In this document: piece by piece, positions 55,579 to 64,000 of the stretch
How positions within the stretch are numbered: the stretch's first letter is position 1
Layout: each line of letters starts with the position of its first letter
Assembly: GCA_016721925.1 (NCBI GenBank)
Contig: JADKHE010000006.1
Coordinates: forward strand, 120,356-184,355
Source: Candidatus Skiveiella danica
Lineage (GTDB): Bacteria > Pseudomonadota > Gammaproteobacteria > Burkholderiales > Burkholderiaceae_C
Length of the DNA stretch: 64,000 nt
Direction: 5' to 3'
Notes under the pieces: model-generated
Seen by the model: only the letters and a program-made list of their open reading frames with translations
The model's database searches: none
Told to the model about the DNA's origin: nothing
Program-made: the position numbers and the translations under genes

Positions 55579-56062
55579 ATGCCCAAATCACTCATCTCAG
55601 TCAGCGAATTCGAACCGGAGTTCATCACCGGCCTGAAGGCCATCTTCGAGGAAAAGATCGTCTTCAATCAGGTGCTGGGCCTGAAGATCACCAGCCTCAC
55701 GCCCTGCGCTGGTGACCGGGCGTATCGACATGCGTCCTGAGCTTGTCGGCCATTTCAGCTTCAACCGGATCCATGGGGGCGTGATCAGTGCCGGCCTGGA
55801 TGCGATGGGCGGCCTGGCCGCGATGGCCGCCATCGGCGCGCGCCACATGGACGAGTCGCCGCTGCAGCGCCTGCACCGCTTCTCCAAGCTCGGCACCATC
55901 GACCTGCGCATCGACTACCTGCGCCCCGGCATCAGCGAGTATTTCGAGCTGCGCGCCGAGGTGCTGCGCCTGGGCTCGCGCGTGGCCTCGACCCGCATGG
56001 AGTTCCGCGCGGCTGACGGAAAGCTGCTTTCAACCGGAGCGGGTGCTTACATCGTGTCCTGA
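55579..56062 (+). pseudogene. PaaI/YigI-type hotdog thioesterase; one apparent frameshift
   Basis: The N-terminal part MPKSLISVSEFEPEFITGLKAIFEEKIVFNQVLGLKITSLTP is in one frame. From about 55700-55712 it continues in ORF 55712 as VTGRIDMRPELVGHFSFNRIHGGVISAGLDAMGG.... This is the only frame disruption right of 28.1 kb. Confidence 0.7.
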
Positions 56063-56086
56063 TTCGCTATCGTTAGCATAGCTTGA

Positions 56087-56120
56087 AATGACCATTTGAC
56101 GCTGGGAAGTGGTCATTTTT
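56087..56120 (+). terminator. candidate rho-independent terminator of the beta-oxidation cluster
   Basis: AATGACCA-15 nt loop-TGGTCATT is followed by TTT. The large loop keeps confidence moderate. Confidence 0.45.
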
Positions 56121-56135
56121 GTGGTCATAGATGCA

Positions 56136-56160
56136 AGAAAGCCGCCCGGGGGCGGCCTTC
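56136..56160 (-). terminator. rho-independent terminator after the binding-protein gene
   Basis: The minus strand reads GAAGGCCGCC-cccg-GGCGGCTTTCTT, about 20 nt after the stop at 56179. Confidence 0.6.
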
Positions 56161-56178
56161 TGGCAGGTCAGCGGCGGA

Positions 56179-57351
56179 TCACTTGATCGACATGTACTCC
56201 GACACGACCTTCCAGCGGGCATCCTGCAGCTGGGACAGGCGGGTTGCGTTGCTGCCCAGTCGCTTGGTGGGCGAAAAGGTCAGCTCGGCGCTGCCGAAGA
56301 TGTCCGGCGGGATCTTCATCGTGTCCATGGTCTTGATGAAGCTGTCGGTGCTCAGGTTCGGCCCGGCCTTCTGGGCCGCCTGAAGGAAGGCGTCGATCAG
56401 GTCGTAGCCATAGACCGAGAACACGGTGGGGTCTTCGTTGAACTTGGTCTTGTATTTGTTGGCCCAGAACCGGATCGGTTGCGAGGTCTCGTCGGTGTAG
56501 GGGTTCTGCACGGTCATGGTGGCATACAACCCATCCATCGCCTTGCCGCCCAGCTTGTGGATCAGGTCGGTGTAGGCGGCGCTGGAGCCCAGGAAGACGG
56601 GGTTGAATCCGGTCTTGCGCGATTCGCCGATGGCGCCAATGGTCTCGCGGATGATGGTGCCCAGCACGACCATGTCGCAGCCGGAGGCTTTCATCTTGGC
56701 CACCTGCGACGAGAAATCGGTGGCGCCGCGCTTGTAGCTGGTCTTCTCGGCCATGGTCATGCCGATGTCCTTCAGGCCCTCCTCGGCGCCGCGCAGCACT
56801 TCCAGCCCGAACTCGTCGTCCTGGTACATGGCGCAGACCTTCTTCGCGCTCTTTTCCTTGACCAGCTTGGGCGTGGCCAGCCGCATCTGGTCGAAGTAGG
56901 TGGCGGCGAAGGAGTACTTGAGCCGATTGAACGGCTCGTACATTTCGCGCGCGGCCGTGACCGGGAAGAAGTTGATGATGTTCTTCTCGAACAGCACCGG
57001 GAAGGTGGCCAGGTTCTGCGCCGTGCCGATGTGGCCGACCATCGCGAAGATCTTGTCCTGGTTCACCAGCTTCTGCGCAGCCAGTACGGCCTTCTTCGGG
57101 TCATAGGCGGAATCCTCGACCTTGAGCACGATCTTGCGGCCATGGATGCCGCCCTGCTCGTTGACCTCGTCCACGCGCAGCATCATGCCCAGGCGCACCT
57201 GCTTGCCGAAGCCGGCAATCGGACCCGAAAGATCCTGGATGGAGCCCAGCGTGATCTCCGTCTTGGACACGCCCTGGTTCGAGTTCTGGGCCAGCGCGCC
57301 GGTGCTGGCCAGCGCCAGCGCCGCAGCCGCCGGAAGGATTCGGAATTTCAT
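56179..57351 (-). CDS. ABC transporter substrate-binding protein (Leu/Ile/Val-binding, type I PBP family), copy 1
   Basis: 390-aa ORF with signal peptide MKFRILPAAAALALASTGALAQ and then ITLGSIQDLSGPIAGFGKQ... Confidence 0.9.
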   Translation of the reverse strand: MKFRILPAAAALALASTGALAQNSNQGVSKTEITLGSIQDLSGPIAGFGKQVRLGMMLRVDEVNEQGGIHGRKIVLKVEDSAYDPKKAVLAAQKLVNQDKIFAMVGHIGTAQNLATFPVLFEKNIINFFPVTAAREMYEPFNRLKYSFAATYFDQMRLATPKLVKEKSAKKVCAMYQDDEFGLEVLRGAEEGLKDIGMTMAEKTSYKRGATDFSSQVAKMKASGCDMVVLGTIIRETIGAIGESRKTGFNPVFLGSSAAYTDLIHKLGGKAMDGLYATMTVQNPYTDETSQPIRFWANKYKTKFNEDPTVFSVYGYDLIDAFLQAAQKAGPNLSTDSFIKTMDTMKIPPDIFGSAELTFSPTKRLGSNATRLSQLQDARWKVVSEYMSIK

Positions 57352-57453
57352 GGTGCCTTGTCTCCTGTAGTGGGAAGTCTGTGGTTATAGACCGCTCCCC
57401 GTCGCGGCGGACCCGCACTTTCCCTAGTGCACTCCGGCGTTCCGGGCCGGTGC

Positions 57454-58638
57454 TTACTTGAAGTAGTCGGACACGACCTTCCACTTGCCATCCTGCAACT
57501 GCGACAGGCGCGAAGCGTCGCTGCCCAGGTGCTTGGTCGGCGTGAACTTCTGTTCCGGCGTGCCGAAGATGTCCGGCGGCACGGTCATGGTGTCCATGGA
57601 CTTGACGAAGCTGTCGGTGCTCAGGCCGGGGCCGGCCTTCTGCGCCGCGCGGATGAACAGGTCCATGATGACGTAGCCGTAGGCCGAGAACACCGTCGGG
57701 TCTTCGTTGAACTTGGTCTTGTACTTGTTGGCCCAGAAGCGCAGCGGCTGCGAGGCCTCGTCGAGGTAGGGATTCTGGACGGTCATGGTGGCGTACATGC
57801 CGTCCATGGCCTTGCCGCCGAGCTTGTGGATCAGGTCGGTGTAGGCGGCCACGGAGCCCAGGAACACCGGGTTGAAGCTGGTCTTGCGCGATTCGGCGAT
57901 GGTGCCAATGGTCTCGCGGATGATGGTGCCCAGCACCACCATGTCGCAGCCGGCGCCCTTCATTCGGGCCACCTGCGAGGAGAAGTCGGTGGCGCCGCGC
58001 TTGAACGAGGTCTTTTCGACCAGTTCCATGTTGATCGTCTTCATGCCGGCTTCGGCGCCGCGCAGCACTTCGAGGCCGAACTCGTCGTCCTGGTAGATCG
58101 CGCAGACCTTCTTGGCGTTCTTTTCCTTGACCATGCGAGGCACGGCGATGCGCATCTGGTCGTAGTAGGCACTGAGCATGGCGAACTTGAGCGGGTTCAG
58201 CGGCTCGTACATCTCGCGTGCGGCGGTCAGCGGCATGAAGTTGACGATCTTCTTCTCGAACTGCACCGGCATGGCCGCATTGTTCTGCGCTGTGCCGATG
58301 TGGCCGGCCATGATGAAGATCTTGTCCTGGTTCACCAGCTTCTGGGCGGCCAGCACGGCCTTCTTCGGGTCATAGCCCGAGTCTTCGACCAGCAGCTTTA
58401 TCTTGCGGCCGTGGATGCCGCCCTGCTCGTTGATCTCGTCCACCCGCAGTTGCAGCCCATTGCGCGCCTGCTTCCCGTAGCCGGCCAGCGGGCCGGACAG
58501 GTCCTGGATTGTGCCGACAAGGATTTCGTCCTTGCTGACGCCCTGCTGGGCTGCGGCCGGGCTGGCCAGCGTCCACAGCGCCGCGGCGGCGAGCGCGGCA
58601 GGAATCAGCGCCTGGAATTTGGAAAACGTTTTTTTCAT
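57454..58638 (-). CDS. ABC transporter substrate-binding protein (type I PBP family), copy 2
   Basis: The start is at MKKTFSKFQALIPAALAAAALWTLASPAAAQ. It is colinear with copy 1 and highly similar to it throughout. Confidence 0.9.
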   Translation of the reverse strand: MKKTFSKFQALIPAALAAAALWTLASPAAAQQGVSKDEILVGTIQDLSGPLAGYGKQARNGLQLRVDEINEQGGIHGRKIKLLVEDSGYDPKKAVLAAQKLVNQDKIFIMAGHIGTAQNNAAMPVQFEKKIVNFMPLTAAREMYEPLNPLKFAMLSAYYDQMRIAVPRMVKEKNAKKVCAIYQDDEFGLEVLRGAEAGMKTINMELVEKTSFKRGATDFSSQVARMKGAGCDMVVLGTIIRETIGTIAESRKTSFNPVFLGSVAAYTDLIHKLGGKAMDGMYATMTVQNPYLDEASQPLRFWANKYKTKFNEDPTVFSAYGYVIMDLFIRAAQKAGPGLSTDSFVKSMDTMTVPPDIFGTPEQKFTPTKHLGSDASRLSQLQDGKWKVVSDYFK

Positions 58639-58657
58639 CGTGTGTCTCCTGTTGGGT

Positions 58658-60514
58658 TTAGCGGTACATGGCCTCAATCTGCTCGGCGTATTTCTTCTCG
58701 ACCAGCTTGCGTTTGAGTTTCATGGTCGGGGTGAGTTCCTCGTCTTCGGCGCTCAGCTGGGTTTCGAGCAGGAAGAACTTCTTGATCTGCTCGACGCGGG
58801 CGAACTTCTTGTTCACGTCGTCGATCACGCCCTGGATCAGCGCCTGGACTTCGAGCGAGCGCGTCAGGCTGCTGTAGTTGGAGAACGGCACGTCGTGGTC
58901 CTGCGCGTATTTTTCGACGTTCTCCTGGTCGATCATGATGATCACGGTCAGGTAGGGCCGCTTGTCGCCGATGACGACCGCATCCGTCACATAAGGCGAG
59001 AACTTGAGCTCGTTTTCCAGCTCGCTGGGCGTGATGTTCTTGCCGCCGGCCGTGATGATGATGTCCTTCATCCGGTCGGTGATCCTGAAGTAGCCGTCCT
59101 CGTCCATCAGCCCGACATCGCCGGTGTGCAGCCAGCCTTCGGCGTCGATGGTTTCGGCGGTTTTCTCCGGCAGGTTCAGGTAGCCGGCAAACACGTTGGG
59201 GCCGCGCACCAGGATCTCGCCCGTGGCCGGATCGATCTTCACTTCGTTGAACTCCGCGGCCGGGCCGATCGAGCCGGGCTTGATGCGCGCAGCCGGCACG
59301 CCGGTGGAGGCGCCGCAGGTCTCGGTCATGCCCCACACTTCCAGCATGGGCACGCCCAGCGCCAGGTACCACTTGACCAATTCCGGCGAAATCGGCGCCG
59401 CTCCCGTGACCAGGAAGCGCGCGCGGTGAATGCCGATGAGTTTGCGCACGTTGTTCAGCGCCAGCCAGCGCGCCAGCGTGAACTGCGCCTTCAAGCCACC
59501 GCTGACGGTCTGGCCGGCCAGCACCAGGTCCGCGATCTGCTTGCCCACACCGATGGCCCAGGCATAGGTGGCGCGCTGCAAGGGACTGGCTTCCTTGAGC
59601 GTGATCATCACCCCGGAATAGAACTTCTCCCAGACCCGCGGAACCGCCGTGAACACGGTGGGCGCGATCTCGCGCACGTTCTCGGGCACGGTCTCGGGGT
59701 TTTCCACAAAGTTGAGCTTGGCACCGGTGTAGAGCGAGAAGTACTCGCCGCCCATGCGCTCGGCGATGTGGCACAAGGGCAGGAAGCACATGCACTCGTC
59801 GGCCTCGGTGCGCGCGATCAGCGTGTTGTAGCCGCGCACCGTATAGACCAGGCCACCATGGGTGTGCATCGCGCCCTTGGGCTTGCCGGTGGTGCCCGAG
59901 GTGTAGACCAGGATCGCCAGGTCTTCGGGCTTGCAGGCCTTGACGCGCTGCATCAGTGCATCGGCGTGCAGCGCGTTGAATTCGCGGCCCAGTTCGCGCA
60001 GCTTCGCCAGGCTGAGAACACCGGGGTCGTCCAGCTTGTGCAGGCCTTCCATGTCGAACACGACGATCTTGCGCAGCATCGGCAGCTGCTCGCGCACCTC
60101 GAGCGCCTTGTCGAGTTGCTCGTCGTCTTCGACGAACAACACCGTGGTGCGCGAGTCCTCGCACAGGTAGTGCACCTGGCTGGCCGCATCGGTGGGGTAG
60201 ATGCCATTGGAGACACCGCCGCAGCTGAGCACTGCCAGGTCGGCCAGCACCCACTCGATCACGGTGTTGGACAGGATCGAGGCCGTCTCCTGCGGCTTGA
60301 AGCCCAGGCTCATGAGGCCGCCGGCGATCTCGCGCACGGCCTCGGCGGTCTGCTGCCAGGTCCAACTGCGCCAGATGCCGAGCTCTTTCTGGCGCATCCA
60401 CACGTTGGGCCCGCGCTGCTCGACGGCGTTCCAGAACATCGCCGAGATGGTGTCGCCCGCCACCACGAGGTCGGTGCGGGGCTGGATCTGTGACAGGTCC
60501 CAAAGATTGCTCAT
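58658..60514 (-). CDS. AMP-dependent acyl-CoA synthetase (long-chain-fatty-acid--CoA ligase-like)
   Basis: 618-aa ORF with the AMP-binding motif LVYTSGTTGKPKGAMHTH, plus GWLHTGDVGLMDEDGYFRITDRMKDII and GGKNITPSELE. Confidence 0.9.
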   Translation of the reverse strand: MSNLWDLSQIQPRTDLVVAGDTISAMFWNAVEQRGPNVWMRQKELGIWRSWTWQQTAEAVREIAGGLMSLGFKPQETASILSNTVIEWVLADLAVLSCGGVSNGIYPTDAASQVHYLCEDSRTTVLFVEDDEQLDKALEVREQLPMLRKIVVFDMEGLHKLDDPGVLSLAKLRELGREFNALHADALMQRVKACKPEDLAILVYTSGTTGKPKGAMHTHGGLVYTVRGYNTLIARTEADECMCFLPLCHIAERMGGEYFSLYTGAKLNFVENPETVPENVREIAPTVFTAVPRVWEKFYSGVMITLKEASPLQRATYAWAIGVGKQIADLVLAGQTVSGGLKAQFTLARWLALNNVRKLIGIHRARFLVTGAAPISPELVKWYLALGVPMLEVWGMTETCGASTGVPAARIKPGSIGPAAEFNEVKIDPATGEILVRGPNVFAGYLNLPEKTAETIDAEGWLHTGDVGLMDEDGYFRITDRMKDIIITAGGKNITPSELENELKFSPYVTDAVVIGDKRPYLTVIIMIDQENVEKYAQDHDVPFSNYSSLTRSLEVQALIQGVIDDVNKKFARVEQIKKFFLLETQLSAEDEELTPTMKLKRKLVEKKYAEQIEAMYR

Positions 60515-60520
60515 GCCGGC

Positions 60521-61324
60521 TTATCTCCAGTTCTTTTTCTTTTTCCAGCGCCGCTCACCGCGTTGGCCGGTTTCCTTCATGCCCAGGTAGAACTCCTTGA
60601 TGTCCTCCTTCTCGCGAAGACGGGCGCAGGTGTCTTCCATCACGATGCGGCCGTTCTCCAGCACGTAGCCGTAGTCCGCGGCGTTGAGCGCCATGTTGGC
60701 GTTCTGCTCGACCAGCAGGATGGTGGTGCCGCGTTCGCGGTTGATGCGCACCACGATCTCGAAGATCTCCTTGGTGAGCTTCGGGGACAGGCCCAGGCTG
60801 GGCTCGTCGAGCAGGATCAGGTCGGGCGCGGCCATGATCGCCCGCGAGATCGAAAGCATCTGCTGCTGGCCGCCGGAAAGCAGGCCGGCGTCCTGCGCGG
60901 TGCGCTCCTTCAGGATCGGGAAATAACCGTAGACCGCCTCCATGTCGCGCGCCACGCCATCGCGGTCCTTGCGGGTGTAGGCGCCCATGAGCAGGTTGTC
61001 GTGCACGCTCAGCAGCGGAAACACCTCGCGGCCTTCGGGCACGTGGCTCAGGCCCTGCTGCACGATGAAGGCCGGGTCGCGGGCGGTGATGTTCTGGCCT
61101 TTGAACTCGATCGAACCCTTGCGGGGGTCGATGATGCCGGAGATGGTTTTCAGGATCGTGGTCTTGCCGGCGCCGTTGGAGCCGAGCACGGTGGCGATCT
61201 CGCCGCGGCGCACTTTCAGGCTGACCCCACGAATTGCCTTGATCGGGCCGTAGGCGCTCTCGACGTTGAGCAGTTTCAGCACCGGCGCGTCGCCGCCGGC
61301 GGTGGATGGGGGCGCTGCGCTCAT
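60521..61324 (-). CDS. branched-chain-type ABC transporter ATP-binding protein (LivF-like) with basic C-terminal tail
   Basis: The start is at MSAAPPSTAGGD (ATG 61324, ATGA overlap with the upstream gene). It has Walker A GSNGAGKTT, LSGGQQQML and ILLDEPSLGL. The tail is GMKETGQRGERRWKKKKNWR. Confidence 0.9.
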   Translation of the reverse strand: MSAAPPSTAGGDAPVLKLLNVESAYGPIKAIRGVSLKVRRGEIATVLGSNGAGKTTILKTISGIIDPRKGSIEFKGQNITARDPAFIVQQGLSHVPEGREVFPLLSVHDNLLMGAYTRKDRDGVARDMEAVYGYFPILKERTAQDAGLLSGGQQQMLSISRAIMAAPDLILLDEPSLGLSPKLTKEIFEIVVRINRERGTTILLVEQNANMALNAADYGYVLENGRIVMEDTCARLREKEDIKEFYLGMKETGQRGERRWKKKKNWR

Positions 61325-62145
61325 GCGGGCCTCCGCAGCGAGGACACGTCGTCGATCGATCCGAGATAGGCCTCGATCACACCCGGGTCGTTCTGCACTT
61401 CGCGCGGCGTGCCCATGGCCAGCACCTCGCCCTGGTTCATGGCCAGCACCCGGTCGGACACCTTGGAGACCAGCGTCATGTCGTGTTCGACCATCAGCAC
61501 GGTGATGCCCAGGTCGTTCTTGATGTCGGCAATCCAGAAGGCCATGTCGTCGGTCTCTTCCACGTTCAGGCCGGAGGAGGGTTCGTCCAGCAGCAGCAGC
61601 TTGGGTTCGGTGCACAGCGCGCGGGCCATTTCCACCACCTTGCGCACGCCGTAGGGCAGGCCGGCAACGAGCGTGTCCCGGTAGTGCTGAAGGTCGAGGA
61701 AGTCGATGACCTGCTCGGCTTTCTCGCGGGCCTCAAGCTCGGCCGCGCGCGTGGCGGGCGTGAAGAACAGTTCGCTCCAGAAACCGGTCTTGCGGTGGGT
61801 GTGCCGCCCGATCAGCAGGTTGTGCAGCACCGTGGCGTGCTCGAACAGCTCGATGTTCTGGAAGGTGCGCGCAATGCCGAGCGAAGCAATCGCGTGGGGG
61901 GGCTGTTCGGTGAGCTTGAGAGGCCCCTGCGGTCCGAGATAGGTGATCTCGCCGGCGGTCGGGGTGTAGATGCGGCTGATGAGGTTGAACACGGTGGTCT
62001 TGCCGGCGCCGTTGGGCCCGATCAGCGTGAACACCTCGCCAGGCCTCACATCGAAGCTCACATTGTTGACTGCCAGCACGCCGCCAAAGCGCACGCTCAG
62101 ATTTTGTGCCGACAGCAGGGTGTCGTTCATCGGTGCCGCGCTCAT
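61321..62145 (-). CDS. branched-chain-type ABC transporter ATP-binding protein (LivG-like)
   Basis: 274-aa ORF with GPNGAGKTT, LPYGVRKVVEMARAL and LLLDEPSSGL. Confidence 0.9.
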   Translation of the reverse strand: MSAAPMNDTLLSAQNLSVRFGGVLAVNNVSFDVRPGEVFTLIGPNGAGKTTVFNLISRIYTPTAGEITYLGPQGPLKLTEQPPHAIASLGIARTFQNIELFEHATVLHNLLIGRHTHRKTGFWSELFFTPATRAAELEAREKAEQVIDFLDLQHYRDTLVAGLPYGVRKVVEMARALCTEPKLLLLDEPSSGLNVEETDDMAFWIADIKNDLGITVLMVEHDMTLVSKVSDRVLAMNQGEVLAMGTPREVQNDPGVIEAYLGSIDDVSSLRRPA

Positions 62146-63218
62146 TTCAGCCTATCGGATTTCTGGAAGGACTTCTGCCGCTTGAACATGCCCTGGCGGT
62201 AGAACGGGAACAGCTGGAACCAGGCGCGCACCTTGAGCCAGCGGCCGTACAGGCCCAGCGGCTCGAACAGCACGAACGCCACCAGCACCACGCCGTAGAC
62301 CACGGCCTGCAGGCCGGGCGCCTGGCCGACCGCGGCAGGGAGGTAGTCCTTGGTCAGGGAGATCACCTGCGGCATGGTGATCAGGAAGATGGCGCCCAGG
62401 AAGGCACCGTGCACCGAGCCCAGCCCGCCGATCACCACCATCAGCAGCAGGTCGATCGACTGGATGATGTTGAACTGGTCGGGCGAGATGAACTGCAGCT
62501 TGTGCGCATACAGCGCGCCGCCCACGCCGGCCAGCGCCGCCGACAGCGCGAACGACAGCGTCTTGTAGCGCGCCAGGTGGATGCCCATGCTCTGGGCAGA
62601 GATTTCCGAGTCGCGGATGGCCACGAAGGCGCGCCCGGTGGACGAGCGCAGCAGGTTCAGGATGCCCAGGGTGGCCGCCACGGTGATGAACAGGCACAGG
62701 TAGTAGAAGCCTTCGCCGCTATCCACCTTCCAGCCGAACAGGTCGGGCGCCTTGATGTGGATGCCGGCATTGCCGCCGGTGACCTTTTCCCAGCGTGCCA
62801 GCACTTCCTCGACGATGAAGCCGAAGGACAAGGTGGCCATGCCCAGATAAATGCCCTTGACCCGCAGCGCCGGCAGGCCCACCACGACGCCCACCGTCGC
62901 CGACAGGCCGGCGGCGCAGAGCAGGGCCAGCGGGAACGGCACGCCGGCGTTGGTCAGCACCGCCTGCGTGTAGGCACCGACGCCGAGAAAGGCCGCGTGA
63001 CCCAGGGAAAACTGTCCGGTGAAGCCGGCCAGCAGCATCAGCCCGAGGCCCACGATGGCATAAATCAGGATGAACGTCATCTGGGCCAGCCAGTACTCGG
63101 CAAACAGCCACGGCGCCCCCAGCAGCAGCAGGGCGAGCAGTCCGTACCAGAAGACGTGTCCGCCATGCTTGGCCAGGTTGATGTCCTGGGCGTAGCTGGT
63201 CTTGAAAATGAAACGCAT
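62142..63218 (-). CDS. branched-chain-type ABC transporter permease (LivM-like)
   Basis: The start is at MRFIFKTSYAQDINLAKHGG (ATG 63218). It contains FTGQFSLGHAAFLGVGAY and RDSEISAQSMGI. The upstream part of the 498-aa ORF-track entry overlaps livH-like in another frame and is rejected. Confidence 0.9.
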   Translation of the reverse strand: MRFIFKTSYAQDINLAKHGGHVFWYGLLALLLLGAPWLFAEYWLAQMTFILIYAIVGLGLMLLAGFTGQFSLGHAAFLGVGAYTQAVLTNAGVPFPLALLCAAGLSATVGVVVGLPALRVKGIYLGMATLSFGFIVEEVLARWEKVTGGNAGIHIKAPDLFGWKVDSGEGFYYLCLFITVAATLGILNLLRSSTGRAFVAIRDSEISAQSMGIHLARYKTLSFALSAALAGVGGALYAHKLQFISPDQFNIIQSIDLLLMVVIGGLGSVHGAFLGAIFLITMPQVISLTKDYLPAAVGQAPGLQAVVYGVVLVAFVLFEPLGLYGRWLKVRAWFQLFPFYRQGMFKRQKSFQKSDRLK

Positions 63219-64000
63219 CAGACTTTCTTCCTGAGTTTTTCGCCGAACAGGCCGTTGGGCTTGACCATCAGCATGATCAGCACCACCACATAGGGCGCAG
63301 TGTCCTTGAACCCGGCGGGGAGGTAGAAGCCGGAGAGGGATTCCACGATGCCGATGATCAGGCCGCCGACAATGGCGCCCGGCAAGCTGGTGAAGCCGCC
63401 GACCACCGCCGCGGGGAAGGCCTTCAGGCCGATGAAACCCATGTTGGCGTGCACGAAGGTGATGGGCGCCAGCAGCAGGCCGGCGATAGCGGCCACGGCG
63501 GCGGCCAGACCCCATACCAGGCCATTGAGCGTCTTGACCGGAATGCCCATGTAATAGGCGGCGAGCTGGTTCTGCGACGAGGCCTGCATCGCCATGCCGA
63601 GCTTGCTGTAGCGGAACATCGCAAACAGCCCGGCGCACAGCACGGCCGTCGCGGCAATCACCACCATCTGCTCCACGTTGAGCACCAGCGCGCCGAGCTT
63701 CCAGATCTGGTCCTTGTAGGGCACGGGCAGGGTGTGGGTCTCGGTGCCGATGTTGGGGATCATGGTGATGAGGCCGCGCGCCACGTAGGCGATGCCGATG
63801 GTCAGCATGACTATGGAGAAAGCCGGCTGACCCAGGATCGGCCGGATCACGATGCGCTCCAGCAGCACACCGAAAAGGCCCATGGCAATGATGGCGGCGA
63901 TCACCGCCGCCCAGAACGGAAAGCCCAGCATCGTCATGCCGGCCAGGCCACCGAAAGCACCCAGCATCATCAGATCGCCCTGGGCGAAGCTCACGGTCTC
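63218..64000 (-). CDS. branched-chain-type ABC transporter permease (LivH-like), 5' end outside the window
   Basis: The frame is open to the window edge. FAQGDLMMLGAFGG is the conserved region that normally sits about 35-45 residues into LivH, so the true start lies beyond 64000. Confidence 0.9.
   Translation of the reverse strand, partial: ETVSFAQGDLMMLGAFGGLAGMTMLGFPFWAAVIAAIIAMGLFGVLLERIVIRPILGQPAFSIVMLTIGIAYVARGLITMIPNIGTETHTLPVPYKDQIWKLGALVLNVEQMVVIAATAVLCAGLFAMFRYSKLGMAMQASSQNQLAAYYMGIPVKTLNGLVWGLAAAVAAIAGLLLAPITFVHANMGFIGLKAFPAAVVGGFTSLPGAIVGGLIIGIVESLSGFYLPAGFKDTAPYVVVLIMLMVKPNGLFGEKLRKKV

Noticed and set aside
56131-60493. Long plus-strand ORFs (56131..57390, 57427..58716, 58511..60493) opposite the binding-protein and CoA-ligase genes
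   Set aside because: The reasoning is the same: these are mirror ORFs of well-supported minus-strand genes, with no recognisable domains.
1-64000. CRISPR arrays, tRNA/rRNA genes, and recognisable phage-defence or toxin-antitoxin modules
   Set aside because: I saw no regularly spaced direct repeats, no cloverleaf-like or rRNA-like conserved stretches, and no nuclease, helicase or ATPase defence-type ORFs. This was a by-eye scan only, so small RNAs cannot be excluded.

Overview
This is a 64-kb high-G+C chromosomal segment. Gene content and synteny (for example argB-slmA) look betaproteobacterial, Burkholderiales/Comamonadaceae-like. That taxonomy is my inference; no search was run. Layout: (i) 1-16.8 kb is an ABC-transporter-dependent surface-polysaccharide (O-antigen-type) cluster with GT2 and GT-C-like glycosyltransferases, acyl/acetyltransferases and wzm-wzt. 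It is headed by a Crp-family regulator and interrupted at 4.5-9.9 kb by IS1380/IS630 debris and a decayed gtr-like glycan-modification cassette. (ii) 16.9-21.9 kb is a three-gene sensory module: FecR-like protein, CHASE2 nucleotidyl cyclase and a TPR/beta-barrel protein. (iii) 22.0-37.1 kb is an S-layer/RTX-type locus. It holds a ~1130-aa Cys-free Ca-binding repeat protein, a SAM methyltransferase, SapC and a TolC-HlyD-ABC-ABC type I secretion (T1SS) operon. The operon is preceded by a short ORF resembling only the N-terminal half of TnpB and is flanked by a GT4. (iv) argB-slmA. (v) A second T1SS-type giant adhesin (DUF4347/PPC/VCBS/RTX) with its own GT4. (vi) 43.3-56.1 kb is a fatty-acid beta-oxidation supercluster with two TetR regulators. 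(vii) 56.2-64 kb is a Liv-type ABC importer with duplicated binding proteins and an acyl-CoA ligase. No rRNA, tRNA or CRISPR array was recognised. At least a dozen frame disruptions hit cell-surface and signalling genes in the left 28 kb, whereas the right 36 kb has only one. All calls rest on reading the supplied translations and sequence by eye; no database or alignment tool was used.
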